The notes under the pieces are model-generated. The model saw only the letters and a program-made list of their open reading frames with translations, was not told the DNA's origin and did not search any database. Of a DNA stretch of 37,274 nucleotides, positions 35,933 through 37,274 are shown piece after piece. Positions within the stretch are counted from its first letter, which is position 1, and each line of letters begins with the position of its first letter. Made by a program: the position numbers and the translations under genes. Source of the DNA: an uncultured Halanaerobiaceae bacterium (lineage in GTDB: Bacteria > Bacillota > Halanaerobiia > Halanaerobiales > Halarsenatibacteraceae); assembly GCA_964405365.1 (NCBI GenBank), contig CAYONR010000001.1, positions 1,932 to 39,205 of the forward strand, given 5' to 3'.

Positions 35933-37274
35933 TCGTCTCCTCTAGCCTTTTCAATTGCTGATTTTGTTGATGAAAAGATATGATCATCGGCCATAAAGAC
36001 ATTATTTCTGCCAACTTTATTGACAATACAATAGCGGTCAAACATCTGATAGATATTGTTATCTATCCCACAGAAAATTACTTTGCCTCCAGAATCTTTA
36101 ACTCTATCTATAAAGGATTCCAACTCTTTTAATGAAGTCAGATCGATATTTTCTACATCTCTAAGCCGAATAATAAAGACCTGGTCTTTGACATAACTCT
36201 CATCTAAATTATGCTTAAGATTCTCAGAGGCATTAAAATTGATATTACCTGCCAGATTAATGAGTATATAGAAACCCTTTTCATAATTACCGTTTTCTAT
36301 TTCAGAAAGATCTCGCCGCTGAAAATGTTTGCCTCTAGATTCATATTCATAATGGGAATAGTTAAGCGAACTTGTATTTTTAAGAACCAGAATAAAAGAG
36401 ACTATCACACCAAAATAAACTGCGTAATCTAAACGAGGCAGGCTGATAGTCGTAATGAATGTTGCCAAAAAGATCAGACTATCAAATCTATTTTTAAAAC
36501 TATTTCTCATCTCTTCAAAATCAACCATTTTGATTGCAACTACAATAACTAAACCGGCCAAACTGGCAATCGGAATATAACTGGCTAATGGACTGAAAAA
36601 GATTATAAAGAGAGTTATCGTAATTGCAGTAATAAGTCCAGAAAGACGGCTATTAGCCCCGGCCTGATAGTTGGTAAAACTTTTTGTAAATGAACCAGCA
36701 ATTCCGAAACTATTGAAAAATGAGCAACCTAAATTAATTATACCCTGGCTTAAAAAAACCTGATTGAGTTCAACTTCTTGACCGGATTTTAATTCCAATG
36801 ATTTTATCACAGATAGTGTTTGAATAAACCCTAAAAGAGCAACAGAAAGAGCTGTACTCCAGTATTCAGCAATAAAACCTAAATCAAAGGAATGGGCTGA
36901 AAAAGCTGGCAATTTTGCTGGAAAATTTTCAACTACTTCAAGATTAGTATGCCATCCAGTTAGATAAACTATTGCCACTGGAACAACCATTGCCAGCAGA
37001 TAATTCGGCAATTTTGGTTTAAAATTTTTTAGTGCGATTAGTATTGAAACTGTTAAAAGACCTATAAAGACTGAATATAGGTTAGCCTGTTCTATATTAG
37101 ATATAAAATAATAAAATTCCATAAAGACATTTGGGGCTGAAGGCAGATCTAAACCAAAAAGATTATCAAGTTGGCCACTGAAAATAATAATTGCTACACC
37201 TGCTGTCAGGCCTCCAATAACTGATCTAGAGATATAATTAACCAGATCACCAAGCTTAAAGAAGGCCAGCAAGA
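35929..37274 (-). CDS. SulP/SLC26 anion permease with a C-terminal STAS domain (5' end outside the window)
   Basis: G.L..YIS.SVI.G, NQ...QG..N, GSFTKS..N..AGA.S, PIASLAG; STAS IIRLRDVENIDLTSL. Confidence 0.9.
   Translation of the reverse strand, partial: LLAFFKLGDLVNYISRSVIGGLTAGVAIIIFSGQLDNLFGLDLPSAPNVFMEFYYFISNIEQANLYSVFIGLLTVSILIALKNFKPKLPNYLLAMVVPVAIVYLTGWHTNLEVVENFPAKLPAFSAHSFDLGFIAEYWSTALSVALLGFIQTLSVIKSLELKSGQEVELNQVFLSQGIINLGCSFFNSFGIAGSFTKSFTNYQAGANSRLSGLITAITITLFIIFFSPLASYIPIASLAGLVIVVAIKMVDFEEMRNSFKNRFDSLIFLATFITTISLPRLDYAVYFGVIVSFILVLKNTSSLNYSHYEYESRGKHFQRRDLSEIENGNYEKGFYILINLAGNINFNASENLKHNLDESYVKDQVFIIRLRDVENIDLTSLKELESFIDRVKDSGGKVIFCGIDNNIYQMFDRYCIVNKVGRNNVFMADDHIFSSTKSAIEKARGDD

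Noticed and set aside
1118-36432. Short ORFs antisense to real genes (e.g. 1118, 2692, 4613, 5765, 7366, 9881, 18821, 24570, 32861, 34789, 36211)
   Set aside because: They lie opposite well-supported genes and show no recognisable motifs.
1-37274. CRISPR arrays, tRNA/rRNA genes, IS elements or prophage
   Set aside because: Intergenic gaps are short, with no repeat-spacer pattern or cloverleaf, and no transposase, integrase or phage structural gene was recognised.

Overview
AT-rich, gene-dense chromosomal window from an anaerobic firmicute. A diderm, halophilic Halanaerobiales-like organism is inferred from an outer-membrane beta-barrel-like gene and several very acidic proteins. Left to right: a fluoride-riboswitch-controlled cation:proton antiporter (partial); an orphan lpdA; a PanT-like ECF S component preceded by a pan-motif-like hairpin; a glycogen cluster (glgA fused to a ComEA-type helix-hairpin-helix domain, glgB, glgC, glgD, pullulanase, glgP); DJ-1/YajL; a class B PBP; an OMP-like protein; an unannotated AbrB/MazE-like microprotein heading an amidohydrolase + membrane S8 protease operon; a methyltransferase; a maoC-bcd-etfB-etfA operon with Rex-like boxes; a probable pgm-larE-larB-larC operon (larC split by a -1 shift at A9) that continues into four further genes and has no larA; a lipase; a probable CC-adding enzyme; and a partial SulP. 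No tRNA, rRNA, CRISPR or mobile element was recognised. The strongest novelty candidate is the GlgA-HhH fusion. All calls come from motif recognition by eye; no database search was run.
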